This document shows positions 1 through 13,873 of a DNA stretch of 64,000 bases, in pieces. The DNA lies in assembly GCF_006345805.1 (NCBI RefSeq), contig NC_043008.1, forward strand, positions 39,928,001 through 39,992,000, written 5' to 3'. Position 1 is the first letter of the stretch. Every line of letters begins with the position of its first letter. The notes under the pieces were generated by a model, which was not told the origin of the DNA, did no database searches, and worked only from the letters and a program-made list of their open reading frames with translations. Position numbers and translations under genes: made by a program. This DNA is from Octopus sinensis. Its lineage: Eukaryota.

Positions 1-849
1 AATGTTCAACAAGATTTTCAATACCTCGTTGTTAGAAATCATTCAATTTCCACTGGAAAAATTGATCCAACCAAGCTCTCAATTGTGCATCAGTATTGCA
101 CGAAAGTCTGCGCATAGCATTTGAAAAAGATCGAAAGAGGTGGAAATCCGTTGGTGCCAAATCCGTTGATTACGGCGGGTGTGGCAGCATTTCCCAGCCA
201 TGCGTTTGAATGGCTTCCTTAGTCATATTGCCGACATGAGGGCGGGCGTTATGCTGCCGATGAAGTCTTTTCCCTTGAATAGTCGTGTTGAGTCGTTCCA
301 TCTATTTAACATAGAGTTCCGTGATGACCGTTTTGTTCCGTTCAAGCAATTCGTAATGGATAATTCCTTCCCAGCCACACAATACGCACAACAACGTTTT
401 ACGCGAATGATGATCTTGTTTCACGCGCGGTCTCGCTTGTTTACCGAGACTAAGTCATTCCTTACGCCGCTCTATATTGATTTACAGGCGTCAGTTTTCG
501 TCACCAGTAACGATTCGGTAAAGAAATGGTTGCTTGTGTCCATGTGATGAGCGGTGACGGGCATTCCATTTTCTCTGCCAGTTCCCTTGTCGTTTAACGA
601 GAATTTTTCGTGCAAAATATGGTTTAATTGCTCTTCATCGAACTCAACTGGATGGTAAGAACGAGGTGCGTCTTTGAGGTCAAAATTTCTATTTTTGAAC
701 TTGGAATACCAATGACGAGCGGTTCTTTCAACCATGGCACCCTCTCCATACACAGCTCAAATGTCGCGAGCAGCCTTTGCTGCCTTAGAACATTTAAAAG
801 CTAAAAAAAAAGGAGGTGTCGGAAATGCTCGTTTTTCTTAACTTGACAT
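1..849 (-). mobile_element. Decayed mariner (Mos1/SETMAR-type) transposase, runs off the window start
   Basis: Minus-strand translation with frameshifts gives ...EHFRHLL..AF..SKAAKAARDI..VYGEGAMVERTARHWYSKFKNRNFDLKDAPRS (HTH region), a VTGDE-like motif, then HNARPHVGNMTKEAIQTHGWEMLPHPP*STDLAPTDFHLFRS. The stop falls in the YSPDL motif. ATG at 849. Confidence 0.92.
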
Positions 850-2059
850 TACGTTTTAATGATCTGAAAATAAACAAAAATTAACTAAAATTAACTAGGA
901 AAAATAATAGATTCAAAAATGATTCAAAAATAGAATTCTCGAAGAAAATAGATTCCAAAATTTAAAAACGCAATAAATAACAAAATTTAAAAAGCGTTGA
1001 CCCTTTAAATACGTCATTCAAAATAATATCCAGCCTACACAGTTCAATTTCTTAATGTCCATGAAACTTTATTTGCGCAGTCCTGCCACATATTTTACTG
1101 TTAGAGCTTATACGTTAACCGAAGGGATGTTTACACAAATTTCTCCCACCATACTCTCTCTGTATCTCTTTTTTTCTCAGTCTCACTCTCTTTACTTCTC
1201 TCAACTGGTCTCTCTCTCCCTCTATCTCACTCTCCTCTATCATCACGTTTCAATGTGGTTCTATGATGAAAGATTAGTCCCTACTATCACTAAGCCATGG
1301 GAAGGTTCTCATTAAGTCTCCAGATATGAAAATATCAGTTAATCATTGTTCACTCATCCTTTCGACCCTCATATGCTCACCCCAGCAGCGGAAGGGATAG
1401 AAAGCGCTCCCAGCACATGTCTAGTATTCATTTGTCGGCTGAGTTGTTCGAAGTGATGTGAAATATTGTGCATTCTTCATAAATACATCACGTGTTGCGG
1501 TCCAGAAATCGAATCCACGACCTGCGATAGTGATTACCACAGTCCAACTTGGAGGAAACGCGCAAAACATTTTCTAATCCACATATATCAAAATGACTCA
1601 TTCGAGTAAAATATATCAACTGTAATTTCATCACCGCCCATTTGCAATATATGACGGACATGACATTCTAACAGGATATATATCATTTGTCATCTAGTAA
1701 ATATTTTTACCTCATATATAATTAATAAAATGTGCTTACACTCACGAGTGCCACATCTATATCTGTCACTTTATTATAAGTGCTGCAGATCCCTGCAGGA
1801 TCCATAAACGCTCATGTTAAAATAGAATACTCTTAGGGTTTTACTATTTCAGAAATACCTTAGATTAATGACAAGAGAAATACACTTGCAATATAATCAA
1901 AAATCTAAACAACTCCTCATGAATGAATCTCTATAGAAGTCAATGCTTATCTTTCAAATTTTGAAAGTTCTCCTAGAGAAGTAAGATGTGTTTTCATAAT
2001 ATTTTATAATTTTTATATATCACTCTATGTTCATATTCTGAAGTTTTAGTCCTGTCAGA

Positions 2060-2303
2060 ACTACTAGAAACTCTGAACCCAAATCCCATAGCATGCAACA
2101 GACTGAGATTGCTCGCCAAGCCCTGGAACAAGATTGCAGTCTGTCATGGAGTTAAATTCTCGGTTATTGCTGGAACTCATTTTACAGTTGAGCAAACTGG
2201 AGTAACGAGAAATTAAGATTTTCCTCAAGTGCACATCACTCCGCCTAGTCCAGGAAACTATGATTTTTAAGATCATGAGTACAACACTCTAACCACTCAG
2301 CCA
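2060..2303 (-). mobile_element. Old tRNA-derived SINE relic
   Basis: The minus strand begins TGGCTGAGTGGTTAGAGTG (Pol III A-box/tRNA D-arm-like), followed by a SINE-like body containing ...ccagtttgctcaactgtaaaatgagttccagc. Confidence 0.5.
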
Positions 2304-5300
2304 CATATCTTCATACAGAAGATGGAATAAAGCTGTAACATTGCCTGTTAGATTCGAATGCTGCGCCTTCTATAAGGTGTATGCCGCGCTAGCAAATATA
2401 CCAAGGTAGTATTGAAATCTTTGACTGCCTAAATTAGCAATCATAAAGTAAATTCCTACGATGTTATTTTCATGTAAAATCTTACTTAAAAAAAGCCCTT
2501 TGCTTATTCTTAAGGTCATCCTTGTGCAATTTTTTTCCGTTGTTGATAGTTTTCTTCTGATTTTCTATGACAGGACAGGCCGATGTCCTATGCTTTGTAA
2601 GAGTTCACACCTATTACACTCACCACCCTACCAGTCATATTTAAAAGTAATTTATTATTAATGCATATTAGTTGAAACTTGCCCGCAATTTCTAGTAGAG
2701 ACAGAAACCGCGTAGATTATCTCTTATTGATTCACTATTATAGTTCTTACTTTAGTAATTGACTTGATTGTGGACTAGTCAACCTCTTATATCGCTTTGC
2801 TGCAGCTCTTCGTTCTTCTGCGACATCCACTCAACAGAAACCTCCGGAATCTATACATTAGCGAACCTAAATAATATGTAGCAGCAGCCTTATATTTCTT
2901 TCTGTCGTTATTCCACCTTAATGATGTTGTTATTGAAGAATCCGTTGTTGTTATGATGATAATGATGATGCTGATGTGGGTGATGATGTTGACGATGATG
3001 TAGAGTGTTGTATTTGCAGTGCTCATAAGAGATTTTCCATTTTGTTTGCATTCCCGAAAGAACAAAATCAAAATTTAAGCCATAGCTGCTTCGGCACTTG
3101 AAGCATTTCGATTGTCAAACTCTCAAATTTCAACAGAAAAACTAATTTGAGATTTTTGACATGACATCAGAACTCGAAATTCATTTTTCTGGCAGCTACT
3201 CTTTCTTAACTAATGTTCTTAAAATCTACTGTATGCAGGAAGTTTTTCAATGCAACGGAAATATAACCACTGATTTAAAATGATAATGTAAGAATGACAC
3301 TTGGAAGTTGGAAAAATTGATGAAAATTATTCTGGAAAATATGTGACTCATTGTTTTGGATTTTCGAGCACAGACAATCAAAATTTGGTCGTTAATATTT
3401 CTGAGCCGTATATACGTTGTGATTTGGTTCAGAACAATTAATTTAATATGATTTCGGTCACGCGTCGGAAAGTGAGTACTAGTCGATCGATGGGAGTAAT
3501 ATCTCTCTCTTTCTCTCTCTCTCTCTCTCCCTTTCTCTCCCTCTCTCTCCCTCTCTTTACAGCTATTTTGTCCGCGATGATTCACTAAGATGCATATGCG
3601 GAGGCTATGCGAAGCTGCGAATATATCGGTTTTCGACTACTGAAGTACATAAAACAACGGAATCAAGGTACATACAACCTTGTCAACTTTGTTTACACGT
3701 GATCATTATAACTGTTACATTCTCGAATACGGGGAATATCTTACATAATCACTGACTACAATATGAACAAGAATCTTTCATTAACCAACCTTATGAGGCA
3801 CCTGACATCATGTCTGCATTCATATTAATAGAAGGATTTTCTACACGTGCCAAATTTCATAAATACAGTTCAACGCGTTTTTCATAGTAGGGCAATAATT
3901 TATTCCATTCTAGATTAATCTGAGCAGGATGTTAAATGCATTTTCTGTGCTCCAGAACTGTGTTTTAGGAAAATCCAATTTTAATTGTGTAATTGTTGGT
4001 TTGAATTCTTTCCTTACAAAGAAAATCCTGATGTCGATAAATTCAACTATTCCCTCCCACCAAATTTCAGTGTTTCTTCCAACGATGTAAGTATTTCTTC
4101 TCTTCCAGTTTTGTCCTGATGGAAAATAAATATGAACACAATGTCTCCTATTATGAGTAACCCGTTTTGTTTTTCTCAGGCGCAATACAAATATACATTA
4201 CTCAATGCGTAGTTTCTTTTCGGAGATTAAAGGCTGGTAGGTTTGAGGAAACATTTGCTAGTTTTAATAAGTTAAATTATGAAGTACAGATTCAGTTTTT
4301 CTATTATTGTTGGAAATATTTCCTTCGGGTGCCGTTTTGAAATTCTTTATCGATTAGCATTTTTCACAAATGAAGTAGAATCGATATGACTTGAGTAATG
4401 ACCCCAGCGATACCTAAATAGTTAAGAAACTATCTTGAATGAAGTCTTCACTGTTATAAGCTGTTGATACAGGCCTCAGCAGCATCTCTTTCTCTCACCG
4501 GTGTTGGACCATCAGAGCTTCTCTTTCTCTCATTGTACTATTTCAAAATCTTACCAGCGATAAACACAGATACATCTTCTAGTATCCGACAATAGCTTTT
4601 ATTTTTGTATTTCCATAAAAAAAATCTGCGTTAAATATTTTCATCATTAGCATTGCATAGAAAAATTACACTGAAACAAAAAAAGTGCGCAAAAATTTTG
4701 CTCCAAAACATCCGACATAATTCTTTCCTTCGCCCACTCGTCCAACAGAATGTACACACACATACACACAAGAATTAGGCACATGCAAACACATGTGTAC
4801 AGAGATTCACTGGAAAACATACATGTACATACACTTAATTCCTCAATATTTTCCCATTAGCCAACAGCTAAGAATATTTCAAAATGAAAACTCGAACCTC
4901 ATAACATTTCTCGGTTGCATATCAGACAATCCATAAAACATTGTTTTTAACTTATGCATACACATTTGTCTTAAAAGCATAAGACATAATACAATATGTC
5001 TGTTGACAGGCCATTATAATAATAACATTCACAGAATAATGTGTGTTTCCAAATTAGTGTCAGAAAATGATTATTCCATTAGAAAAGAAGAAAGACAAGA
5101 AAATGTTAATACATAAAATTCTTTGTATTTTATGAGGCAACATGCAATTTTTTGACGCTTTCATATTCATATCGTCTTCAAACCAAAAATATAGATTAAT
5201 TTATCTAATTTACATTTCTACTATTTACTTTCTCTCTTATGGCTGTATTCGTCTGTGAAATAAAATGAAACAATTAATCAGCTGAAAGAAAAGAAATCTT

Positions 5301-5324
5301 GACTTGCTAATATGCTTCATATAT

Positions 5325-5555
5325 ATATAAATATATACATACATATAAATATTAATATATACATACATACTTACATTCATACATATATACATGCATATGG
5401 ATATATACATATGTGCATATGTGTACATGTATTAATGCATGTATGCAGGTATATATATACATACATACAAACACACACACACGCACATATATATATGCAT
5501 ATATATACATACATTCATACATATATACATACATACGTATGTATGTGTATATATA

Positions 5556-5612
<57 letters not shown>

Positions 5613-5648
5613 TTGCGTGTGTTTGTGTCTGTGTGAATGATGTGTGTA

Positions 5649-5730
<82 letters not shown>

Positions 5731-5830
5731 GAGGGAAGAGAAAGACAGACAGAGATAAGTAGATAAATACATACATGCATAGATACATACACACAGACAA
5801 TGTAAATGTATAATATATATACGTATATTC
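5325..5830. repeat. Compound (TA)n/(CA)n/(TACA)n/(GA)n microsatellite
   Basis: Directly visible. It is the source of the overlapping YI/HT/ER ORFs. Confidence 0.97.
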
Positions 5831-6561
5831 TTTCCACGCTCTGGTGTCTCAATTTACAACTAACAAAGGATGGAAATAAAATAGAAATAATAAGTATTGT
5901 CTGTTAAGAAATATGTTGTATTGTATCTCATAGAAAAATATTTATCAACTATATATTTCAATCTTTATATTTCATTCATCGTATTGTTTTCAATTTTCAT
6001 TCGTCGCATCTGAGTTTAAAAAATATAATTCTTTGCATTGTAAATGTATAATATATACATTATATATTTAGCTTGGAAAGAATCTATCCACTGACCTCAA
6101 AATGTGATTAGGCTGTTCACTATTGATATGACTTAATAGAACGAATCATGTGCACAGTTTTTCTTGCGTACATAAATAATAAAAACTTCTTGTCTATAAA
6201 ATTATAAATTAACTCCGAATATTATTTCTTAATAGCTTCAAGCTATTTTAACTTACGTTTTAATATTTGAGAATGCTAAAGATTGCCTGCTATATTATAA
6301 ATTTGTATATTGTTTCTCCAAGTGCTGAATATGTTTCTAGTAACTCAAATAATTTTTTCCTGGCGTCTAGCATTAAGTACGTCACATGTACACGTGATTT
6401 TTCAAATATGTGATATTCATGTAGCATGTTATTTTTCACAGATCTTTTTTTTATGCTAATTATTTCTGACAAACTTATTAATAATTCTTTTCCTCTATTT
6501 AAATGCTTCTTCACTATTTTGCAGATTTCATTAAAATATGTTCTACATCTGAGAAATAACA

Positions 6562-6994
6562 GGATCTTTTCTGTTTAAACGGCAGTTTTTAACATAATTT
6601 CTAGGTAACTAAAATTTTTTTAACTTCGTATACTGGTAGAATGTGTTTATAAAACATCTTTTTCTCTTGGCTTTATTGAGAAAATTCTATAATTTGTAAG
6701 ATATTTGTTGTTTATTTCTTCAATTTCTGCAATTTCAACCAATCACTGACGTCCATTGAGGTAAACAACATTCTGTGCCGTATGAATATGTCCCTCGTTT
6801 AAGAAACAGATTGGGTTTATTTACATTTGTGAAGAAAAAAAAGATACCCTTCCCTCCACCCCTAACCCTAACCCTAACTAACCCTAACTCTAAAATAGAT
6901 TGAAATGCAATAGATCGATACTAGGGTCATAATTATGGGTGACAATTTCATATGACACCGCTAGAAAAAACTGCTGTTCAAACCGAAAAGATCC
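6562..6994. mobile_element. MITE, ~29-bp TIRs (GGATCTTTTCGGTTTGAACGGCAGTTTTT type), 8-bp TSD
   Basis: The ends are inverted repeats. AAATAACA is a perfect direct repeat at 6554-6561 and 6995-7002. A second copy lies inverted at 19886-20308. Confidence 0.9.
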
Positions 6995-8862
6995 AAATAA
7001 CAGACCAAATCTTGTTTGTAGCTCCTTTTCCTATTCGAATAAAGATCAAATCGTCCTTTTTAGGGACATGTCAATAAACTCGAGAAATTAAAACTTAAAT
7101 CTTGATTATCTAGTAGCTTCTATATTCTCTTTTTAAGGGGTAAAGTTAATAAATATTTCTTTTCTTTTGTTTACTTAGTTATCCCTTCACTACTCATTAT
7201 CGTTCCATCTTCTCATTTCACTTATTTCTCTTAGCTCTAACTATTTTGTATTATGCTAGGTAATCTTCCCGAGAATTCTGGCAATGCTTTTTGTCAAATA
7301 TCAGGCCATATGTCTGTAGGTAAGGTTAAAATGTAGCCTCTACACATCCAAATTAGTAGACCATCGAAGAAGTAAAAGTTAGGGAAAGAAGAAGGGAGGG
7401 AGAGGGATATAGAGACATAGACAGAGATCCCAGCTATCGTCTGGTAGTCTCTTTGAGATGCATACACTGAAATAAATAAATTGCCTTGACGGGTAAACTT
7501 ATAAATGTCGATAAATGCCCCTCGTTTGGATTAATTACATTGAGGAAAAATTATTTAATGCTTTGATATTATCTAATATTTTGTTAAAGTATGGAATATG
7601 AGGAGTTTAGGTTACTGCTGATCTAAATGAATATGTATGCTTAGAATTACAAGTGACCATCTGTTAGGTTCCAAGTTCACGGCTGTTATTTCCAGTTCTC
7701 GTTCTCATTACGCTGTTTCATGCATGTTCTATCCCGTTCCCTGTTCAGTTCCCGTTTAAATTGCAAATAAATGTACATACACACGGTGGCGTTCGATGCA
7801 TTTACAAATGCTGGCAAGTGATACAGTTGAATCATAAAATTGATTGACTGTCATGGTGTGGTAATATTGGTTGAATTGGTGGATGATTGGAATGATAGAT
7901 GATTGATGAGGTACAACTATGAAACAGATGATTGATGGTTGATTATTATCCATTTTGAGGGTCTTCCTGTTGCTGCCTCATTGTGAAATTTTAAAATTAC
8001 GTCAAAACTTTAAAATTTGGTATATTGAAATTATTTTTCCACGTTGAATTTTGTTACGTATTTATTGCATAAAAATCGCAGTAAAATGTAACTGGGGTTT
8101 AAAGATTAACCATGATTTGGAAGCTGGCATTTTCTGCATGATAGCTGTCAATCACAAAATGTATTTATCATTCTTGATATTGATACATGTAACCGAGTTG
8201 AATATAAATCTCAAAAGATTTGTAAATCTTGTGTTGCCCTAAAACAAAACATTAACGAGATATATCATTTCGTTTAAAAGAAAACGAATATATATTATTT
8301 TATACACGATCGGTAAATTGTAACCAAATTTACAATATAAAATGTAGTTCAGTACAGAATAAAGCTAAATATTCAAATATGAGCAACAGAACGAACTATA
8401 AGCCGGAAAACTACATTTTCAATCTATTACTGACGATTATTATGTGCAGGTGAATGCTATTAAACTTTATATAACGATAAGACGCCTAAGACGAAAATCA
8501 TTTCAAAGTTCAATGTTCTTGGTAAGAAAGCAGACGTCAGGAATTTTATTAGTTTAATATTTTGACCTTAAGAAGACGGTGAGTAAATTTCAAGCTACAC
8601 TTTCTTCGCTTAGCTTACATAAAGCTTATTTACTAAATTTATATTGCATATTGCAACATATCGAATTCATTGCGAGAACGTTGAAAGAAGTCATCCTTTG
8701 TCTCCCCCTCTCTCTTTATCTGTGTATCTGATTGGTTTTTCTCTGTATGTTTGTGTGTGTGTGTTAATAGAATCTCACACAGAGAAACACATAGAATATT
8801 CACACACAGAGTTACATATGTATATATAAATATGCATGTATATATATATATATATAATATAT

Positions 8863-8906
<44 letters not shown>

Positions 8907-9037
8907 TCTAATATAGAATAAAATTTTTCGAAACAATTTTATCAATGGCCAGCATATTAAAAAATACCTTTAAAGGTTAAATTTATAAACAACGCATAAA
9001 CAACATTTGCCCTTGTTTATAAGTTGTATATATATAT

Positions 9038-10080
9038 GTCTGGCGTTAACAGCCCTTCTTATCTTGTTCTCCTTGTCCTGTCTCTCACTGTTATATATTT
9101 ATTTTCCCACTGTTTATATATATATTTTTTACTGTTTATATGTTTGTACTGTCGTTACTGTCTTGCTTTTTTTTACCCCTATATGCATATGTTCTATTTT
9201 ATTAACATATTATACGACTAAACGCACGCACCCTAATAAGTAAGATTGTTCTGTTTATCAAGTTAGCCTTGATATTAACTCTCACGCGACTCTGCATCTG
9301 TCTTTCTTTCTCTCCCATTCCCTTTTTCGTCTTTTTTTCCCTCACTTAACTTGTCTCTTCCTCTCTCTCTCATTCTTCATTCTCTCTCTCCCTTTCACCA
9401 TTCTTCATGGTCTCCTCGCACCATTCCCCTTCTTCTCTCTCTTCCTCTTGCTCCTCCTCCCCCATTCCGTCGTCCATCTGCGACGATACTTCCGTCGTAA
9501 CTGCTATCCTGTCTTTTCTCGCCCGCCTTGTAAGGCTACTGGTCGACATATTTTCTCTCTCTCGTCGTCCACGTTAATCCAGCGTTTGCAATACTTTTTT
9601 CGTCTGGCGTTAACAGCCCTTCTTATCTTGTTCTCCTTGTCCTGTCTCTCACTGTTATATATTTATTTTTCCACTGTTTATATATATATTTTTTACTGTT
9701 TATATGTCTGTACTGTCGTTACCGTCTTGCTTTTTTTTACCCCTCTGCGAAAAGATCTCAGAATTTTAATTGATTTGCTTTTCGCGGGAAGGAAGTTTTC
9801 TTCGAAGTATACGTCTCGCTTTTATCCTTCGAAACGTTTAGTAGATGAAACCTTAGCGACTGAAGAAGGGGATTTTTCGTTGTGCTTATTGTCCTGTATC
9901 TCTCTTTTTTTTTTTTTGCTTGTCTTGTTCCTTGGTTTGTGTCTATGTGTTTCGTCTCTCTATGTGTTCGACGTCCTTGTGGTGTCCTGTACACATATAT
10001 GCGTGTATATGTACATGTAGAGGTAGGTACGTACATATATGTTTATGTATATGCATATGTTCTATTTTATTAACATATAT
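9038..10080 (+). repeat. Direct-repeat-bounded pyrimidine-rich element (possible Penelope-like terminal repeat structure)
   Basis: 9038-9180 is nearly identical to 9602-9744, and 9181-9210 matches ~10049-10079. The block sits between TA tracts. The Penelope assignment is inference. Confidence 0.5.
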
Positions 10081-10129
10081 ATATATATATATATATAATA
10101 TATATATATATATCTATATATATATATAG

Positions 10130-10335
10130 TTAATCCAAACAAGAAAACACAAAAAAAAACAAAAAAAAACACAGCAACGCGAGGACGTGGAACAAATAAA
10201 GTATTATTGGACGCTCAGGAAAGAGGGGAAGAAGGAGGGTATAACGTTTCGAGCGGAGCTCTTCGTCGGAAACATAGAAGGAAATATCCCGAGAAGGGAA
10301 GACAGAGGAAAAAAATCGGCAGCGGTACTCACGAG
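10130..10335 (-). mobile_element. Penelope-like terminal fragment with HHR-like motif (family D)
   Basis: Minus strand reads CCGACGA-A-GAGC-tcc-GCTC-GAAACGTTA and ends in (TA)n. A further fragment of the same family is at 48962-49050 (+). Confidence 0.5.
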
Positions 10336-10786
10336 GTCACATACATATATGCATGTATAAGTATATCTGCGTGTTTGTGCGTGTGTGCGTGTATTAATAT
10401 GTATGTATACGTAAATATATATGTATGCATCTGCGTATGCATGTATGTGTTTTTATCGTATATGGTTACCTGTGAAAAGAAGACTTTTACGCAATTTAGA
10501 ATAAAGATATCAAAGTACTAAGAGATATTATCAGCATGTACTGTTAAAACGGTAATTCTAAAAAAGGCATTCACATTTTCGAAAGACAAGAGAACTGGAA
10601 ACATGGCAGAACGAATGCCGGAGGAACATGCGATAATTGTAATCGTGCTGTTCATCAACATCGTCATCTTAATGCTGAGTGTACTATCTATCTAGCTATT
10701 TATGTTAGACTATTTACACACATATAAATGTTACTATCTGTCAATCAATCAATCTCTATATCTCTCAATCTATCAATCTATCTACT

Positions 10787-10847
<61 letters not shown>

Positions 10848-11920
10848 TCGCTAACACACTTGCGCAAACACACGAACACACAAAGAAAGATATATACACA
10901 AACACATATTTGGAGAACTTCAACATCGTCGAAGAATATTCCACATTCTTCTGTTAATATTAATTGTTATTTTAAGATAATGGAAAGTTGTGCATTCCCA
11001 AGCCATACACGCAGGTATTTACAATGAAATTTCTGGCATTCTAGATTAGGAAGAATATGATTGTGACATACTTTAAATCCTAAATTGAAAATTCACTTGA
11101 GTTAGCGAGAAGAAAAACATTTTCTGTTACGATAAAACTTGTAAAGGTACCCGCCAAATAGTTCCATGAAGCGGATTCTCAGACGCGCCTTTTTGGCTCT
11201 TAAGTCGTCCTGAATAGGAAATACCAAAGTTCTGCTGATCCTACTATTTCTATTCCGATCAAGTGACTCATTAGCAAACCTCAGCATCTGATGTTCTATT
11301 GCTTTTTAGTTACAGCTATGAATTTGAATCTGCCCAGGGTTACGTTTCGGTATTTCTTTTTAAGGAAGGCTAAAAAGCTAAAAAGAAGCATTTGGGAACT
11401 GCTAGATGGAAACACTGGGCAGATATCTTTTACCATAGTAAATACAGTGAATTTCCATTTAGTAGTTGATATACGTCACAAACATGTTTAAGGTAACCTA
11501 AAGTTCAATTTTTTTCTTAATGAACAGATGTTGCTACTTTTAATGAAGATTATAATGATAATGTGATATGTATTAGTATGTTTAGTTTCATTTTGGTTTT
11601 TGCTTACGCGGCAAATTTATTAATAAAACAAAATAGCAAATTAATATCATATTGTGTCACTAATATCTAGGAAAATATTTGTTATTTTCGTAGATATGAT
11701 TCATTTTGTTGCGGTTATCCGTGTTGTAGTTAGTGGATGACAGGTTTAAGGACAAAGAATATTTTCACCTCCCAATAATAGCAGGTGGACGGAATGTAAA
11801 CATCTAAATAGTGGTTGAAGTGTAACGAATAAATATGTATGTATATATATATATACATACACACATACATACATACATACATACATACATACATACATAC
11901 ATACATGCATATATATATAT

Positions 11921-11959
<39 letters not shown>

Positions 11960-11965
<6 letters not shown>

Positions 11966-12140
11966 TAAACATTACACACATTTTTTCTCTCCTTGTTTTT
12001 TTCTGTGTCCCTTTCTGTAGAAGAGCGTAGACTCGAAACGTAAAATACTTTTTCTATTCCTGAGCGTTATACTAATACATCTGTTTGTTTTGTACACCAC
12101 CTGTCTTCGTCTTTGTTTTGTTCGTAAACTCTCCCTATAT
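11960..12140 (+). mobile_element. Penelope-like terminal fragment with HHR-like motif (family E)
   Basis: Contains CTGTAGA-A-GAG..CTC-GAAACGTAA and ends in (TA)n. A homologous copy is at 58950-59085. Confidence 0.5.
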
Positions 12141-12185
<45 letters not shown>

Positions 12186-13044
12186 ATATATATATATATA
12201 TATATATATGCATTTGTATATATATGAATGAGTGTATATATAACTGTACCTCTCCATGAACACACACACACATATATATAATTTGCGTATATACCAGCAC
12301 CAAACTTATGTTCGTTATCGTCGTCTTTTATTGGTTTCCATAAAATTTACATTACTTTTCTACTTCTCCAATATATTGGTAGTGTTTCGTTTTGGAACGC
12401 TGAAGTAAACAAAACAAATTGATATGAAAGCTGGAAATGTGAACGAATGCATAAATGCAACCATCTGCAGTAACATTCTTTTGCAAGAAGCATGTACAGT
12501 TTAGAGAATACTTCACCTGTGCCCAGTCTGTAATTTAAGCACATTATCTAATAGTGAATATCCTATTTCAAGATATTGATTTGTAGCTTTGGCATAATAC
12601 CACATATTCATATAAAGATTAGTTTATAGTATATTGAACTGACTCCAATATATCAGCGATTCTTAATTTCATCGACCTCTAGAGGAAAGAAATTCAGTAT
12701 GGAATCTATCTCGATTTGAATACCGTCATTAAATATTTGGCACTTTGGTAACAATATTTTCTTTTTTAAATCTGATAATTCTTTGGAATATGAATGCTAC
12801 CATCAGGTATGTACTGAAAGACGTACCGAACATATCAAAATGGCGTAAAGCGTTCTTTTGATACATCAGCATTGACGCATGCGTGAAGAAAGCTTACTGA
12901 ACTCATTTAATCAACCTCGTTGTGTCGTTAAAAAACAACCGACTTGAAATCTGATTTGGATTATTTCTACTTCATATGTACACCTAAAAGAGCTGTGTTG
13001 TTATTCTTTTTTCATTTGTCATCGATGTTTCTAGCGGTAATAAC

Positions 13045-13280
13045 ATATAAGAAGATTACTTCCCAACCACATAGTCCCAGGTTCATCTCCACAGAATGGC
13101 ACCTTGTGCAAGCGTCTTCTATTATAGCATCGAGCCGACGAAAGTCTTGTGAGTCGATTTGATAGACGAAAACTGAAAGAAAGCCGCCATGTGTGTTTAT
13201 ACGCATATATATAATACATGTGTCTGTGTGTGCGTAGATATATACGCGCGTGTGCGTGCGCGTGTATACGCACGTGTGTG
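13045..13280 (+). mobile_element. SINE family A, degraded 5' half
   Basis: Similar to the head of the intact copies (caaccacat..ggttc..tggcaccttg.gcaag.gtcttcta.tatagc), followed by a (TG)n spacer. Confidence 0.75.
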
Positions 13281-13319
13281 TGTGTGTGTGTGCGTGTTTG
13301 TGTATATTCTTTTACTTTT

Positions 13320-13555
13320 TATTATTTTTAATTGTTTCGATCATTTGAATGCGACCATGCTGGAGCACCGCCTGAAAGGGTTTACTGAAAGAAATTGACC
13401 CCCGATTTATTCTTTGTAACCCTTAGTAGTTATTTTATCGATCTCTTTTGCGAAACCGCAAATTTACGAGGACATAAACACATCAGCGTCGGCTGTCAAG
13501 CGATAGCCGGAGAACAGACAGACAGCCTCACATACACACACGCACACACACACAT
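13320..13555 (-). mobile_element. SINE family A, degraded 3' half
   Basis: catgctggagcaccgcct ... cataaacacatcagcgtcggctgtcaagcg matches the 3' half of the copies at 36411 and 49431. Confidence 0.75.
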
Positions 13556-13564
13556 GCATGTATG

Positions 13565-13607
<43 letters not shown>

Positions 13608-13645
13608 CTCTATTTATAAAGCTGCGATGCCATCAGGAAAAATGT

Positions 13646-13732
13646 TACTCAGAGTTTTACGTTCACGTTCGACGGAGAACTTTGATTTAAAATCAAATTT
13701 GTTCGACGAACAGGAACGTGAAATTCTGAGTA
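13646..13732 (+). other. 87-nt near-palindromic hairpin
   Basis: The 43-nt arms pair co-linearly without indels: 38 of 43 positions pair on the + strand (3 of them G.U), with 5 mismatches. Confidence 0.85.
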
Positions 13733-13833
13733 TCAGTTTTTGTGCTGCCTTTGCAACTTATTAATAACGCATATTACTCTAATTCCGGTATTCGAGTACT
13801 ATTTTCCATCCATGTTTCACATTTATATACTTA

Positions 13834-13873
<40 letters not shown>

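Noticed and set aside
1330-1550. Possible old SINE
   Set aside because: Only a B-box-like fragment is recognisable.
9745-9870. Hammerhead around GAAACGTT (9831) and CTGAAGA (9859)
   Set aside because: The motifs are in permuted order and I could not form a convincing stem I or stem II.
12420-12530. EGF-like NVNEC..C peptide on the + strand
   Set aside because: It has an in-frame stop, wrong cysteine spacing and no acceptor site.
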